A program made the translations under genes and the position numbers. Below the pieces are notes generated by a model, which searched no databases, was not told the origin of the DNA, and saw nothing but the letters and a program-made list of their open reading frames with translations. Positions 25,280 through 32,000 of a DNA stretch of 32,000 nucleotides are shown here, piece by piece. The stretch is from Pyrobaculum calidifontis JCM 11548 (lineage in GTDB: Archaea > Thermoproteota > Thermoprotei > Thermoproteales > Thermoproteaceae). The stretch covers positions 1,050,001-1,082,000 of the forward strand of contig NC_009073.1 in the NCBI RefSeq assembly GCF_000015805.1. The letters run 5' to 3'. Position 1 is the first letter of the stretch. The number at the start of each line of letters is the position of its first letter.

Positions 25280-25588
25280 ATGTGTGAAATACTGGCTAAG
25301 TACCTAATCGAGTTAGTGGAGGGGGCAAAGGGGAATGTGGTATCATTTGTAGTGGGGGACGTGGCCAGGTGGGCTGAGACTAAGGTGAGGCCGACGCGCT
25401 CTGTGGTGTTTAAAATTACTAACATGGCGGAGGCCCTACTCGCGGCTGGGCTGTTGGAGAAAATTGGTAAGAAGTATATATTGAAGAGGGACTCCCCCCT
25501 GTGGGTCAAGGCCAAGGCAGGCGACGTGGAGGGGATGTGCGAAATTGTTGAAAACGCTCTTTTCAACTACTCCAAGGTAGTCAAGTAG
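25280..25588 (+). CDS. Small winged-helix-like protein (102 aa), unknown function
   Basis: MCEILAKYLIELVEG...; the segment VVFKITNMAEALLAAGLLEKIGKKYILKRD looks like a recognition helix plus wing. The track start is GTG 25274. No family assigned. Confidence 0.55.
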   Translation: MCEILAKYLIELVEGAKGNVVSFVVGDVARWAETKVRPTRSVVFKITNMAEALLAAGLLEKIGKKYILKRDSPLWVKAKAGDVEGMCEIVENALFNYSKVVK

Positions 25589-25595
25589 TCGTTAG

Positions 25596-25608
25596 AGATA
25601 AATAAAAA
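25596..25608 (+). promoter_or_regulatory. TATA-like box for the small-TM / ParA-like gene pair
   Basis: agataaataaaaa is centred about 22 nt upstream of GTG 25624. Confidence 0.5.
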
Positions 25609-25623
25609 CTCTCTCTTTGCCAC

Positions 25624-25833
25624 GTGAAGACTATAATCGGCTTAGTGGTCAACGCCGCCGCGTTTTTGCTCATCGGCATCGGCCTCCTCTACGTAGCCGT
25701 GCCGCTGTACGTTGCCAGCGTCGTAATTCTGCTGTGGCCAAAGAGGAGGCAAGTTGAAGAGAGGAAAGAGGCGGCCAGGGAGTTGACGCCCGACGAGATT
25801 AAGAGGCGGCCCGTGTCCGCGCCTGAGGTATGA
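25624..25833 (+). CDS. Small two-TM membrane protein with a charged C-terminal tail (69 aa)
   Basis: IIGLVVNAAAFLLIGIGLLYVAVPLYVASVVILLW, then KRRQVEERKEAARELTPDEIKRR. ATGA overlap with the ParA-like gene. Confidence 0.55.
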   Translation: MKTIIGLVVNAAAFLLIGIGLLYVAVPLYVASVVILLWPKRRQVEERKEAARELTPDEIKRRPVSAPEV

Positions 25834-26594
25834 AGAGCTTAATCTTCTTCTCTGGAACAAAGGGGGGCACTGGCAAGACTACGCTGGCGTTAAACACAGC
25901 AGTGGTGCTCGCCTATGCCTGGCGCAACGACGCCCAGTACCCAGTGGTATTGCTAGACCTCACCCCTGGGCTTGGCACAGCCTCCCTAATCCTCCTCGGG
26001 GACTACCTAGCCGCGTGGGGCCGCCCCTCGCTTTCTGACTACTTCGCCGGCAAGATCTCAGACCCCCTCCGCGCCTTCTACCTAAAGAGGTGGACCACAG
26101 ACAGGGGGGATTTCCAACTGGTCTTCGCCTACTTGACCCAAGACGTCAATGTGTCTAGGCGCTACCTGGAGTACTTGGTGCAAAACGTAGAGACGCGGCT
26201 TAGGCCCAAGCTTCTGGTGATAGACGCGCCTCCCATGGCTCAATCTCCCCACCTCTCGGGCCTGGTGAACTTCGTGGCGCCGGTGGTTACGCCGGACGTA
26301 TCCGCGATAGAGGCCACGAAGTACTACCTTGGCTCAATGGGGGGGACGCGGCTTAAGCCCGTCTTGAATATGTACATGCCTGAGTACCAAATAAGCGCCG
26401 TATACCTAGCCCACTGGGAGCGCGTAGTAGAGCGCTCGCTGGGCGAGCCGCCTCACATAATCCCCTACGACAAGGCGATACAGGCGGCTAGGCAAGCCCT
26501 TGAGATAGAGGTTTTGAAGCTTAGGCCAGGCGAGTCGCCGGGGGTCAAGGCGATACTGGAATACGCGAAGTACCTCACAACGAAGCTTCTTTAA
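25830..26594 (+). CDS. ParA/MinD-family (SIMIBI) P-loop ATPase with deviant Walker A
   Basis: FFSGTKGGTGKTTLALN (deviant Walker A with signature Lys), VVLLDLTPG (A'), LLVIDAPP (Walker B). 254 aa. Confidence 0.8.
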   Translation: MKSLIFFSGTKGGTGKTTLALNTAVVLAYAWRNDAQYPVVLLDLTPGLGTASLILLGDYLAAWGRPSLSDYFAGKISDPLRAFYLKRWTTDRGDFQLVFAYLTQDVNVSRRYLEYLVQNVETRLRPKLLVIDAPPMAQSPHLSGLVNFVAPVVTPDVSAIEATKYYLGSMGGTRLKPVLNMYMPEYQISAVYLAHWERVVERSLGEPPHIIPYDKAIQAARQALEIEVLKLRPGESPGVKAILEYAKYLTTKLL

Positions 26595-27333
26595 CGCAGC
26601 TCTCCGCCGCGTGTAACACAAGTGGGAGAGTCTTTAAGCTACGCACAATGTACGCCCTGCAGGGTATAGACTCCACAAACTCCTTTTTCACGTAGACACC
26701 ATGTCTATCCACGAGCACGGCGCCGTAGCTTGCCATCAAGGCGCCTAGGAAGTCTTCGTACATGTCGTCGCCTATGTGGAGATATACGTCGGGGACCACG
26801 TCTCCCAGCAATATCTGCCGAGCCGCCTCAAATATCTGCACAGAGGGCTTGACGTAGCCAACGTCGTCTGCGTACAGTTGCAAGTCCACCAGCTGGGCTA
26901 TGCCCAAGCTCTCCAACAACCTCTTAGTCGCCCTAGACCGCCAGAAGAGGACATTTGAAATAATGCCTATCTTATACCCCTCGTCTTTTGCCAACTTAAT
27001 CGCCTCAACGGCGTCGCCCTCTGGGGCAATTTCCAAGCTCCCAACCGCCTGGTCTATGGCCTCTTGCACTTGGTATACGTCGAAGGCGGCGTTTATGCCC
27101 CTACTGCGGAGCTGCCTCTGCATGTCGAGCAGTACGTAGACCGGCGGCACTACCTCGTGCTTTTCTCTCCTAGCCAGCTTAATCTTCCTCCTCTCCTCGT
27201 TTACCAGCGCCTGAAGCGTCTGAAAAGGCGCCCTGCCCCCTAGGCTTTTGTAAATTACGTCCACAACAGTTTTTAAGGCAGGCTCCACTGGCAGAATTGT
27301 GCCCCAAACGTCTAGAGTTATCATCTTAATCAC
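26575..27333 (-). CDS. HAD-superfamily hydrolase, subfamily IA (haloacid-dehalogenase-like)
   Basis: Motif I ITLDVWGTI (DxxGT variant), motif II GIISNV, motif III GYVKPS, motif IV HIGDDMYEDF. GTG 27333 is about 23 nt from ttttataaa (27352-27360); the alternative is ATG 27324. Confidence 0.75.
   Translation of the reverse strand: MIKMITLDVWGTILPVEPALKTVVDVIYKSLGGRAPFQTLQALVNEERRKIKLARREKHEVVPPVYVLLDMQRQLRSRGINAAFDVYQVQEAIDQAVGSLEIAPEGDAVEAIKLAKDEGYKIGIISNVLFWRSRATKRLLESLGIAQLVDLQLYADDVGYVKPSVQIFEAARQILLGDVVPDVYLHIGDDMYEDFLGALMASYGAVLVDRHGVYVKKEFVESIPCRAYIVRSLKTLPLVLHAAESCVKEASL
27270..27276 (+). promoter_or_regulatory. TATA-like box for the large surface protein gene, inside the HAD coding region
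   Basis: tttttaa is centred about 26 nt upstream of GTG 27299. Confidence 0.4.
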
Positions 27334-29728
27334 GGTGTTTATATTACCCGCTTTTATAAATCTAAACGCCGCGGCGCCTCAGATAGAGCCGAGGTATGTA
27401 AACGCATACACATACACAAACCTCACGATATATACCAACGCCAGCGTCACAGTGGAACGGGCAGTGGTAGACTTCCAAATAGCCCTACGCGACAGAGTCA
27501 TAATAGGCCTAAAGCCCACTGCCAGCGACTACGTACTGCTGAAAATTGGAAACACGACGCATCAGCTCCGAGTACGAGCCGAGTGCAATATCACAATAGA
27601 GGCGGCCAATTTGACGAGCAGGTTAGCCGTGGCGGCCAATGCCACTTGCGCCGGCCCCCTCTCGATATACGTGAACGGGACCTGGGCGAGTAGAGGGAGG
27701 GTGGACTATGTGCCAGAGTACGCGGGGGTTTACGTCGTAACGGCGTCAAACGGCGTTTTCTACGAAAAGGCGAGGGTAGTGGTGTTGCCAAACGCCACGG
27801 TGAGAGGGAACGTCTTCGGCGAAGTAATGGAAATTAGGCTCAGCCCCCCGCCGCGTGCCGGCCTTCTGCGGCTGGGCCCGGCGACTGTCCAGGCCGCCTC
27901 GTCTGTCTCAATAGACACTTGGGGCCTCGGGGCGGGGAACTACACCCTAGCCCTCTACATGGGTGCCTGGTACAACCTCACCACGGTCACGGTAAAAAAG
28001 GCGGTGCCCAACCTCGAGCTCGACTACAAGCCGGAGTACATATACGGCGAGCCCATATCTATATCGGCGAGGGTATACGTGGGCAAGAGGGAGTACAGGG
28101 GAGTGGTGCAACTCTCCGTCGGAGGCCGGTTGCTGACCGGCTTCTCCCCCGCTAGTTTTACACTGCCCCTGCTCGACGCCGGAGTTTACCAACTGGTTGC
28201 GGCGGTGCAGGGGGATAGGAACGTTACCTCTCTATCGAGGACCTTTCAGCTCAGGATAGCGCCTGCACCCGTCTCCATTGAGTTGAGGATCAATGGGACG
28301 TACCTAAGCCCCTACGTGGTCAACTATGGGAAAATTCTAGCCGTAGACGCGTTGGCCCGCTCCCTGGTGAAGCCCTTGGGTACAGTGGAGCTGTATTTAA
28401 ACGGGACACCCGTCAAGCCCCTGGTAGATACTCTGAGGCTGAGGCCCGGGGTTTACAACCTCACCGCGGTGTTTAAGCCCGCCACGGGGAACTTCCGGCC
28501 GGCCTCTGCGTCGGCTCAAATATTGGTGATACCCTCGCCCCCCGAGGTCTCTATAAATCGGACGTTTTCCACAGTCTTCGGCCAGCCCCTGGCCATAGCC
28601 TTCTCCGTGTCTCTCTACGGCAGGCCTATAAACGCCACGGCGTATGTGGAAGTGTCTGGAAGGAACTACTATGCGAATTTCACAGTGGCCGTGGTAAACG
28701 GCTTGGGCAAGGTGGTGTTGAGGGACATCCCAGCTGGGGTGTACTCGGGCTTAGTGACAGTGGCCGGGATCGGCTTGTCTCCCCAGTCTAAGCCCTTTAC
28801 CGTGTTTGTCTCATCTGCCCTTGTGAAAGTGGCCTTAACCGCGCCCACTAGGGGGGTCTACGGAGAGGCTGTACCCATACGCGCATCTATTTACCCGCCG
28901 TGGGTGCGTGGCGTGTTGTACGTCGAGGTCAACAAGACAGTGGTATACGCGGGCAACTCCTCGGCGTACAGCGGGCTTTGGCTTCCGCCGCGCGGCGGCG
29001 TCTACCAAATCTCGGCGAGGTTCGAAAGCCTAGACCCAAACTACTCTGGGGCCGAGAACGTCACCTACATCTTCATCGACAGGGCGCAGTGCACCATACG
29101 TTTCTCTCTACGCGGCCCCTTCTCTCCAGAAGGAGCCGCCTACGTCCTAAGGCGGTATGTAGTGGAGGTGGGCACAGATCTGCCGGCCAAGATATACGTC
29201 AACGGCACAGCCGCGGGCGCGGCGGTGTTGTTCAACAGGACTGGGGTCTACAACGTGACTGTGTACTTCCCAGGGGACGCCAGGTACTACCCGTGCTCCT
29301 CCTCAGAGGCGGTGGTGGTGGTGAAGAACCCCTCCTCCGTGGAGATCTCTTCGCCGCGTAGAATATCTACAGTAGACGCCTCTCTCCCTATCTCAATCAC
29401 GGTCTCAAGCCCGGTGGGCCAGCGGTACGGAGACGTGGTAGTGTACAAGGTAAACAAGTCGGCGAACACAACCGAGGTGGAGACGGTGTTTGTCAACGGT
29501 AGCGCCTACGTGTACTTGAGGTTCCAAGCCCCCGGGGTCTACGAAATCGCGGCCGAATATTTGGGCAACGAGTTCAACATGCCGAGTAGGTCAAACGTAG
29601 TGGTAGTCACAGTGGAGAGGAGCGTTTTGGGAATTCCCATCTTCCTCCTCTCAATCTACTTGGGAAGCCTCGGCGCAGGCATCGCCGCCGCCGCCGTCGT
29701 GAGGTGGTTTTTCAGGAAGTCTGTTTAG
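27299..29728 (+). CDS. Large secreted, C-terminally anchored surface glycoprotein built of tandem Ig-like repeats
   Basis: 809 aa. Signal-like N-terminus MPQTSRVIILITVFILPAFINLNAAAP, more than 20 N-x-S/T sequons, a recurring G-V-Y-x-[VLI]-[TAS]-A beta-sandwich motif, and a C-terminal TM IPIFLLSIYLGSLGAGIAAAAVV followed by RWFFRKSV. Confidence 0.8.
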   Translation: MPQTSRVIILITVFILPAFINLNAAAPQIEPRYVNAYTYTNLTIYTNASVTVERAVVDFQIALRDRVIIGLKPTASDYVLLKIGNTTHQLRVRAECNITIEAANLTSRLAVAANATCAGPLSIYVNGTWASRGRVDYVPEYAGVYVVTASNGVFYEKARVVVLPNATVRGNVFGEVMEIRLSPPPRAGLLRLGPATVQAASSVSIDTWGLGAGNYTLALYMGAWYNLTTVTVKKAVPNLELDYKPEYIYGEPISISARVYVGKREYRGVVQLSVGGRLLTGFSPASFTLPLLDAGVYQLVAAVQGDRNVTSLSRTFQLRIAPAPVSIELRINGTYLSPYVVNYGKILAVDALARSLVKPLGTVELYLNGTPVKPLVDTLRLRPGVYNLTAVFKPATGNFRPASASAQILVIPSPPEVSINRTFSTVFGQPLAIAFSVSLYGRPINATAYVEVSGRNYYANFTVAVVNGLGKVVLRDIPAGVYSGLVTVAGIGLSPQSKPFTVFVSSALVKVALTAPTRGVYGEAVPIRASIYPPWVRGVLYVEVNKTVVYAGNSSAYSGLWLPPRGGVYQISARFESLDPNYSGAENVTYIFIDRAQCTIRFSLRGPFSPEGAAYVLRRYVVEVGTDLPAKIYVNGTAAGAAVLFNRTGVYNVTVYFPGDARYYPCSSSEAVVVVKNPSSVEISSPRRISTVDASLPISITVSSPVGQRYGDVVVYKVNKSANTTEVETVFVNGSAYVYLRFQAPGVYEIAAEYLGNEFNMPSRSNVVVVTVERSVLGIPIFLLSIYLGSLGAGIAAAAVVRWFFRKSV
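27352..27360 (-). promoter_or_regulatory. TATA-like box for the HAD gene, inside the surface protein coding region
   Basis: ttttataaa is centred about 23 nt upstream of GTG 27333 on the minus strand. Confidence 0.4.
27725..29545 (+). repeat. Tandem protein-level repeats (about 8 Ig-like modules) inside the surface protein gene
   Basis: Codons for G-(V/N)-Y start at 27725, 27935, 28181, 28448, 28736, 28997, 29243 and 29534. Spacing is 210-291 nt, about 70-97 aa, the size of an Ig-like domain. Each is followed by a similar strand, for example GVYNLTAVFKP, GVYQLVAAVQG, GVYQISARFES, GVYNVTVYFPG, GVYEIAAEYLG. Confidence 0.65.
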
Positions 29729-29765
29729 CACTGTAAAGAATTTAAAGAGGGTCGTGCGGGAGCGT

Positions 29766-30164
29766 GTGATCACAGCTCCGCCGGCCATCATAGTCGTCCC
29801 ACTTGCCTCAAAGGAGCAGGTGGGGCAAACGGTCAACTACGTGGTGTCAAAGGTGAAGCAGATCGGCGCGCCCATTAGACACGTACACTCAGACGGCCCC
29901 ATCTACCTCCCCTGCCGAACTACTCGGGACGGCCTCTTCGAGCGAGTGGACGTCTACTTGGCCACGTCGGCTGGGGACTTCGCCAACGTGTTGCCCGCGA
30001 GAGAGGAGATCAAGGAGGGGTTCGTGGAGAGAGTGGGATATGTGCACTTGGTGCAGGGGGTGGCCATTTTGTTTAAATACCACGCCGTGGGGGAGGTTAG
30101 GCTTGAGGAAGTGGTGGTCTACACCGTGGGCGCGGCCTATAGAGATTTTAAGCTTAACCTTTAA
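29766..30164 (+). CDS. Hypothetical protein (about 132 aa)
   Basis: ORF 29754-30164. GTG 29766 is about 24 nt from aaagaatttaaaga (29735-29748). The sequence (M)ITAPPAIIVVPLASKEQVGQ... has normal composition. No family recognised. Confidence 0.5.
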   Translation: MITAPPAIIVVPLASKEQVGQTVNYVVSKVKQIGAPIRHVHSDGPIYLPCRTTRDGLFERVDVYLATSAGDFANVLPAREEIKEGFVERVGYVHLVQGVAILFKYHAVGEVRLEEVVVYTVGAAYRDFKLNL

Positions 30165-30168
30165 ATAC
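30159..30168 (+). promoter_or_regulatory. TATA-like box for the csaA-uppS-dedA unit, overlapping the upstream stop codon
   Basis: ctttaaatac is centred about 24 nt upstream of ATG 30187. Confidence 0.5.
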
Positions 30169-30186
30169 ATGGACCGAGAAGGCGGC

Positions 30187-30510
30187 ATGGCCATTACCAT
30201 CGACGACTTTAAGCGCGTCGAGCTCCGCGTGGGGAAAGTAGTGGAGGCCTCGCGGGTGGAGGGGTCAAAAAAGCTGTTAAAGCTGGTGGTAGACATCGGC
30301 ACTGAGAAGAGGCAGATAGTGGCCGGCCTCGCGGAGTACTACAAGCCTGAGGAGATGGTGGGGAAGTACGTGGTAGTTGTGGCAAATCTCCAGCCCCGGA
30401 AGATCATGGGCATCGAGAGCCAGGGCATGTTGCTGGCCACCTGCGACAAGCCAGTCCTCTTGACCATTGAGAGAGGCGGTGACGAGCACGTGGGGGAGCA
30501 TGTATGTTAA
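30187..30510 (+). CDS. csaA: Stand-alone tRNA-binding domain protein (CsaA / Trbp111 / EMAP-II-like OB fold)
   Basis: MAITIDDFKRVELRVGKVVEA, KLLKLVVDIG, RQIVAGLAEYY and VVVVANLQPRKIMGIESQGMLLA are the hallmark strings of this family. The track's extension (30040-) is out of character (Trp/Cys/Arg-rich). Confidence 0.85.
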   Translation: MAITIDDFKRVELRVGKVVEASRVEGSKKLLKLVVDIGTEKRQIVAGLAEYYKPEEMVGKYVVVVANLQPRKIMGIESQGMLLATCDKPVLLTIERGGDEHVGEHVC

Positions 30511-31204
30511 AATCCCCACGCACATCGCAGTAATACCCGACGGCAATAGGAGATACGCCAAGAAGGTCGGACTAGACTTCTACCACGCCTACAAGAGGGG
30601 CGTGGAGAAGGTGAGGTCGTTCCTGCTTTGGGCCCTTGAGTATCGGGAGATTAAGAACGTCACCTTCTTCGCCCTATCCACTGAGAACCTCCAGAGAAGC
30701 CGCCTAGAGCTCGAGATCCTCTTTAGAATATTCGAGGAGGAGCTTCGGAAGACTCTGGAGGACCCCCTCATCCATGAGAACAGAGTAAGAGTCAGATTCA
30801 TTGGAGACATGTCGCTTTTGCCCAGTAGAGTTGTAAAGTGGGCCGAGGAGCTGGAGGCTGCCACAAAGAACTACGGCAACTACCACTTGACCCTCGCCCT
30901 GGGCTACGGGGGCCGCGCCGAGATTGTGAGATGTGTGAAAAGGCTTTTATCTGGCGAAGTGAAGCTGGCCGAGGTAACTGAGGAGTCTCTCTTCCAGTGT
31001 TTAGACACGAGGGATTTGCCCAACCCAGAGCCCGACGTGGTGGTGAGGACAGGCGGGGAGAAGAGGCTCAGCAACTTCCTCCTCTACCAGACGGCGTACT
31101 CGGAGCTGGTGTTTTTAGACAAGCTCTGGCCCGAGGTAGAGAGGGAGGACTTGGCCTACATTGTGGAGGAGTACTCGAGGAGGCAGAGGCGGTTCGGCAG
31201 GTGA
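30500..31204 (+). CDS. uppS: cis-Prenyltransferase (undecaprenyl/dehydrodolichyl diphosphate synthase family)
   Basis: HIAVIPDGNRRYAKK, FALSTENLQR and RTGGEKRLSNFLLYQTAYSEL. ATG 30500 overlaps the csaA end by 11 nt. Confidence 0.9.
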   Translation: MYVKIPTHIAVIPDGNRRYAKKVGLDFYHAYKRGVEKVRSFLLWALEYREIKNVTFFALSTENLQRSRLELEILFRIFEEELRKTLEDPLIHENRVRVRFIGDMSLLPSRVVKWAEELEAATKNYGNYHLTLALGYGGRAEIVRCVKRLLSGEVKLAEVTEESLFQCLDTRDLPNPEPDVVVRTGGEKRLSNFLLYQTAYSELVFLDKLWPEVEREDLAYIVEEYSRRQRRFGR

Positions 31205-31815
31205 TCCACTGCCCGCTCTGGGGGCTGTTCCTCGCGGTGTTTATATCTCACGCGGTGCCCCTGGCCCACCTGCCCGGCTACACTCTTGTGGCCGTATGTG
31301 TTGCGACAAGCCACAATTTGGCCGATTTAGCGGCGGCCGCCTTGGCGGTGGCGCTGGGCGCTGCCCTGGGGAAAGTCGTGGTGTTTTTTACAAGTCGTAA
31401 GATAGGCGAGGCTGTCATGGGCAGAGAGGCGGAGTACGCCAAGAGGTTGTTTGAGAAAATTTCGAAGTGGGGAATAGACTTGGCGGTCGTGGCCTTTGCC
31501 GCATCTCCACTGCCAGATGACGTCTTGTACATACCGCTGGGCATGGCCGGATACGACTTGAGGCGCTTCTTTGTTGCCGTGTTGGCTGGAAAGGCCGTCT
31601 TGGCCGTAATCCTGGTGTTCTTCTTCGGAGAGCTGGGCAGCCTCTTTTTAGACACGCTGGGTGTCGCTGGGGTGGCGCTGACCATTGGGCTGGCGGTCTT
31701 AGGCTCTGTGCTAGTGGCGAGGGTAAGGTGGTCCGCAGTGCTCCAGGCGTACGAGGCCGAGGGGGCCAAGGCGGCTTTAAAGGCTGCGTTTAAGTCGGCG
31801 TTTTCAAGAAAATAA
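31201..31815 (+). CDS. DedA / VTT (SNARE-associated) family membrane protein
   Basis: GTG 31201 interlocks with the uppS TGA (GTGA). Multiple TMs and the loop [20 protein letters not shown] are typical of DedA/TVP38. The track's extension (30997-) is an alternate frame of uppS. Confidence 0.68.
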   Translation: MIHCPLWGLFLAVFISHAVPLAHLPGYTLVAVCVATSHNLADLAAAALAVALGAALGKVVVFFTSRKIGEAVMGREAEYAKRLFEKISKWGIDLAVVAFAASPLPDDVLYIPLGMAGYDLRRFFVAVLAGKAVLAVILVFFFGELGSLFLDTLGVAGVALTIGLAVLGSVLVARVRWSAVLQAYEAEGAKAALKAAFKSAFSRK

Positions 31816-31822
31816 TTTAATA
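31809..31822 (+). promoter_or_regulatory. TATA-like box for metG
   Basis: aaaataatttaata is centred about 26 nt upstream of GTG 31841. It overlaps the DedA-like stop codon. Confidence 0.5.
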
Positions 31823-31840
31823 CCACTGTTGCCCACCTCC

Positions 31841-32000
31841 GTGGCTAAGTACGTCATAGGCTCGGCTTGGCCGTATGTACAAACAGTGCCTCACCTCGGC
31901 AACATGATAGGCTCTGTCCTCTCCGCTGACGTATATGCCAGGTACCTACGGCTGAGGGGGCACGACGTGGTCTTTGTCTCTGGCAGCGACATGCACGGCA
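31841..32000 (+). CDS. metG: Methionyl-tRNA synthetase, N-terminal fragment (continues past the right window edge)
   Basis: Manual translation: (M)[52 protein letters not shown]. This is the class I HIGH-region pattern (P-Y-x-N/T-x-PHLG ... SADV.ARY.R..G..V.FV.G.D.HG) of MetRS. Confidence 0.85.
   Translation, partial: MAKYVIGSAWPYVQTVPHLGNMIGSVLSADVYARYLRLRGHDVVFVSGSDMHG

Noticed and set aside
5061-26110. Scattered homopolymer G or C runs of 6 nt (for example near 5065, 9476, 22594, 23597, 25853 and 26104), considered as possible slippage-prone tracts
   Set aside because: All reading frames across them are intact. The runs are short and compatible with Pro/Gly codons in a GC-rich genome, and there is no evidence of frameshifted genes.
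1-32000. CRISPR arrays, IS elements or transposases, integrases, tRNA or rRNA genes, and classical toxin-antitoxin pairs
   Set aside because: I saw no regularly spaced direct repeats, no inverted terminal repeats around an ORF, no GC-rich cloverleaf-like segments in the few intergenic gaps and no recombinase, PIN or RelE-like motifs. A covariance-model scan (tRNAscan-SE, Rfam) would be the definitive check.

Overview
GC-rich, very tightly packed archaeal chromosome segment. Gene content (ArfA/ArfB/ArfC riboflavin enzymes, XPD, Fap7, Sua5, archaeal GluRS) and promoter layout (TATA-like boxes about 22-27 nt upstream of start codons, no leaders, no Shine-Dalgarno spacing) suggest a hyperthermophilic crenarchaeon of the Pyrobaculum/Thermoproteus type; this taxon call is inference. 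I support about 45 protein genes on both strands, many joined by 4-nt ATGA/GTGA overlaps or by convergent 3' overlaps. By eye I found no rRNA, tRNA, CRISPR array, transposase or integrase. Most genes are housekeeping: XPD helicase (partial), NAPRTase, a geranylgeranyl-reductase-like flavoprotein, a riboflavin cluster (ribB, arfC, arfA, arfB), an HDAC-type deacetylase, Prs, a SAM methyltransferase, Sua5, AsnRS, Fap7-like kinase, GluRS, a sugar nucleotidyltransferase, a CBS protein, Sir2, an orphan solute-binding protein, a HAD hydrolase, a CsaA/Trbp111 tRNA-binding protein, UppS, a DedA-like membrane protein and the MetRS N-terminus. The best candidates for something undescribed are: (1) a four-gene cassette of small unknown proteins at 19238-20323, interlocked by ATGA at every junction and including a 43-codon ORF missing from the supplied track; (2) a divergent locus at 23910-26594 around one palindromic TATA element, with a 378-aa protein (adenylate-kinase-like N-half with degenerate P-loop, nucleoside-2-deoxyribosyltransferase-like C-half) on one side and a wHTH-like protein, a tiny membrane protein and a ParA/MinD ATPase on the other; (3) an AT-rich island at 12053-12520 with an atypical small secreted-protein ORF and repeated GTAGTTACGTA-type motifs. 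Two heavily N-glycosylation-sequon-rich surface proteins are also present, one built from about 8 Ig-like repeats. All functional calls rest on motif recognition by eye; no searches were run.
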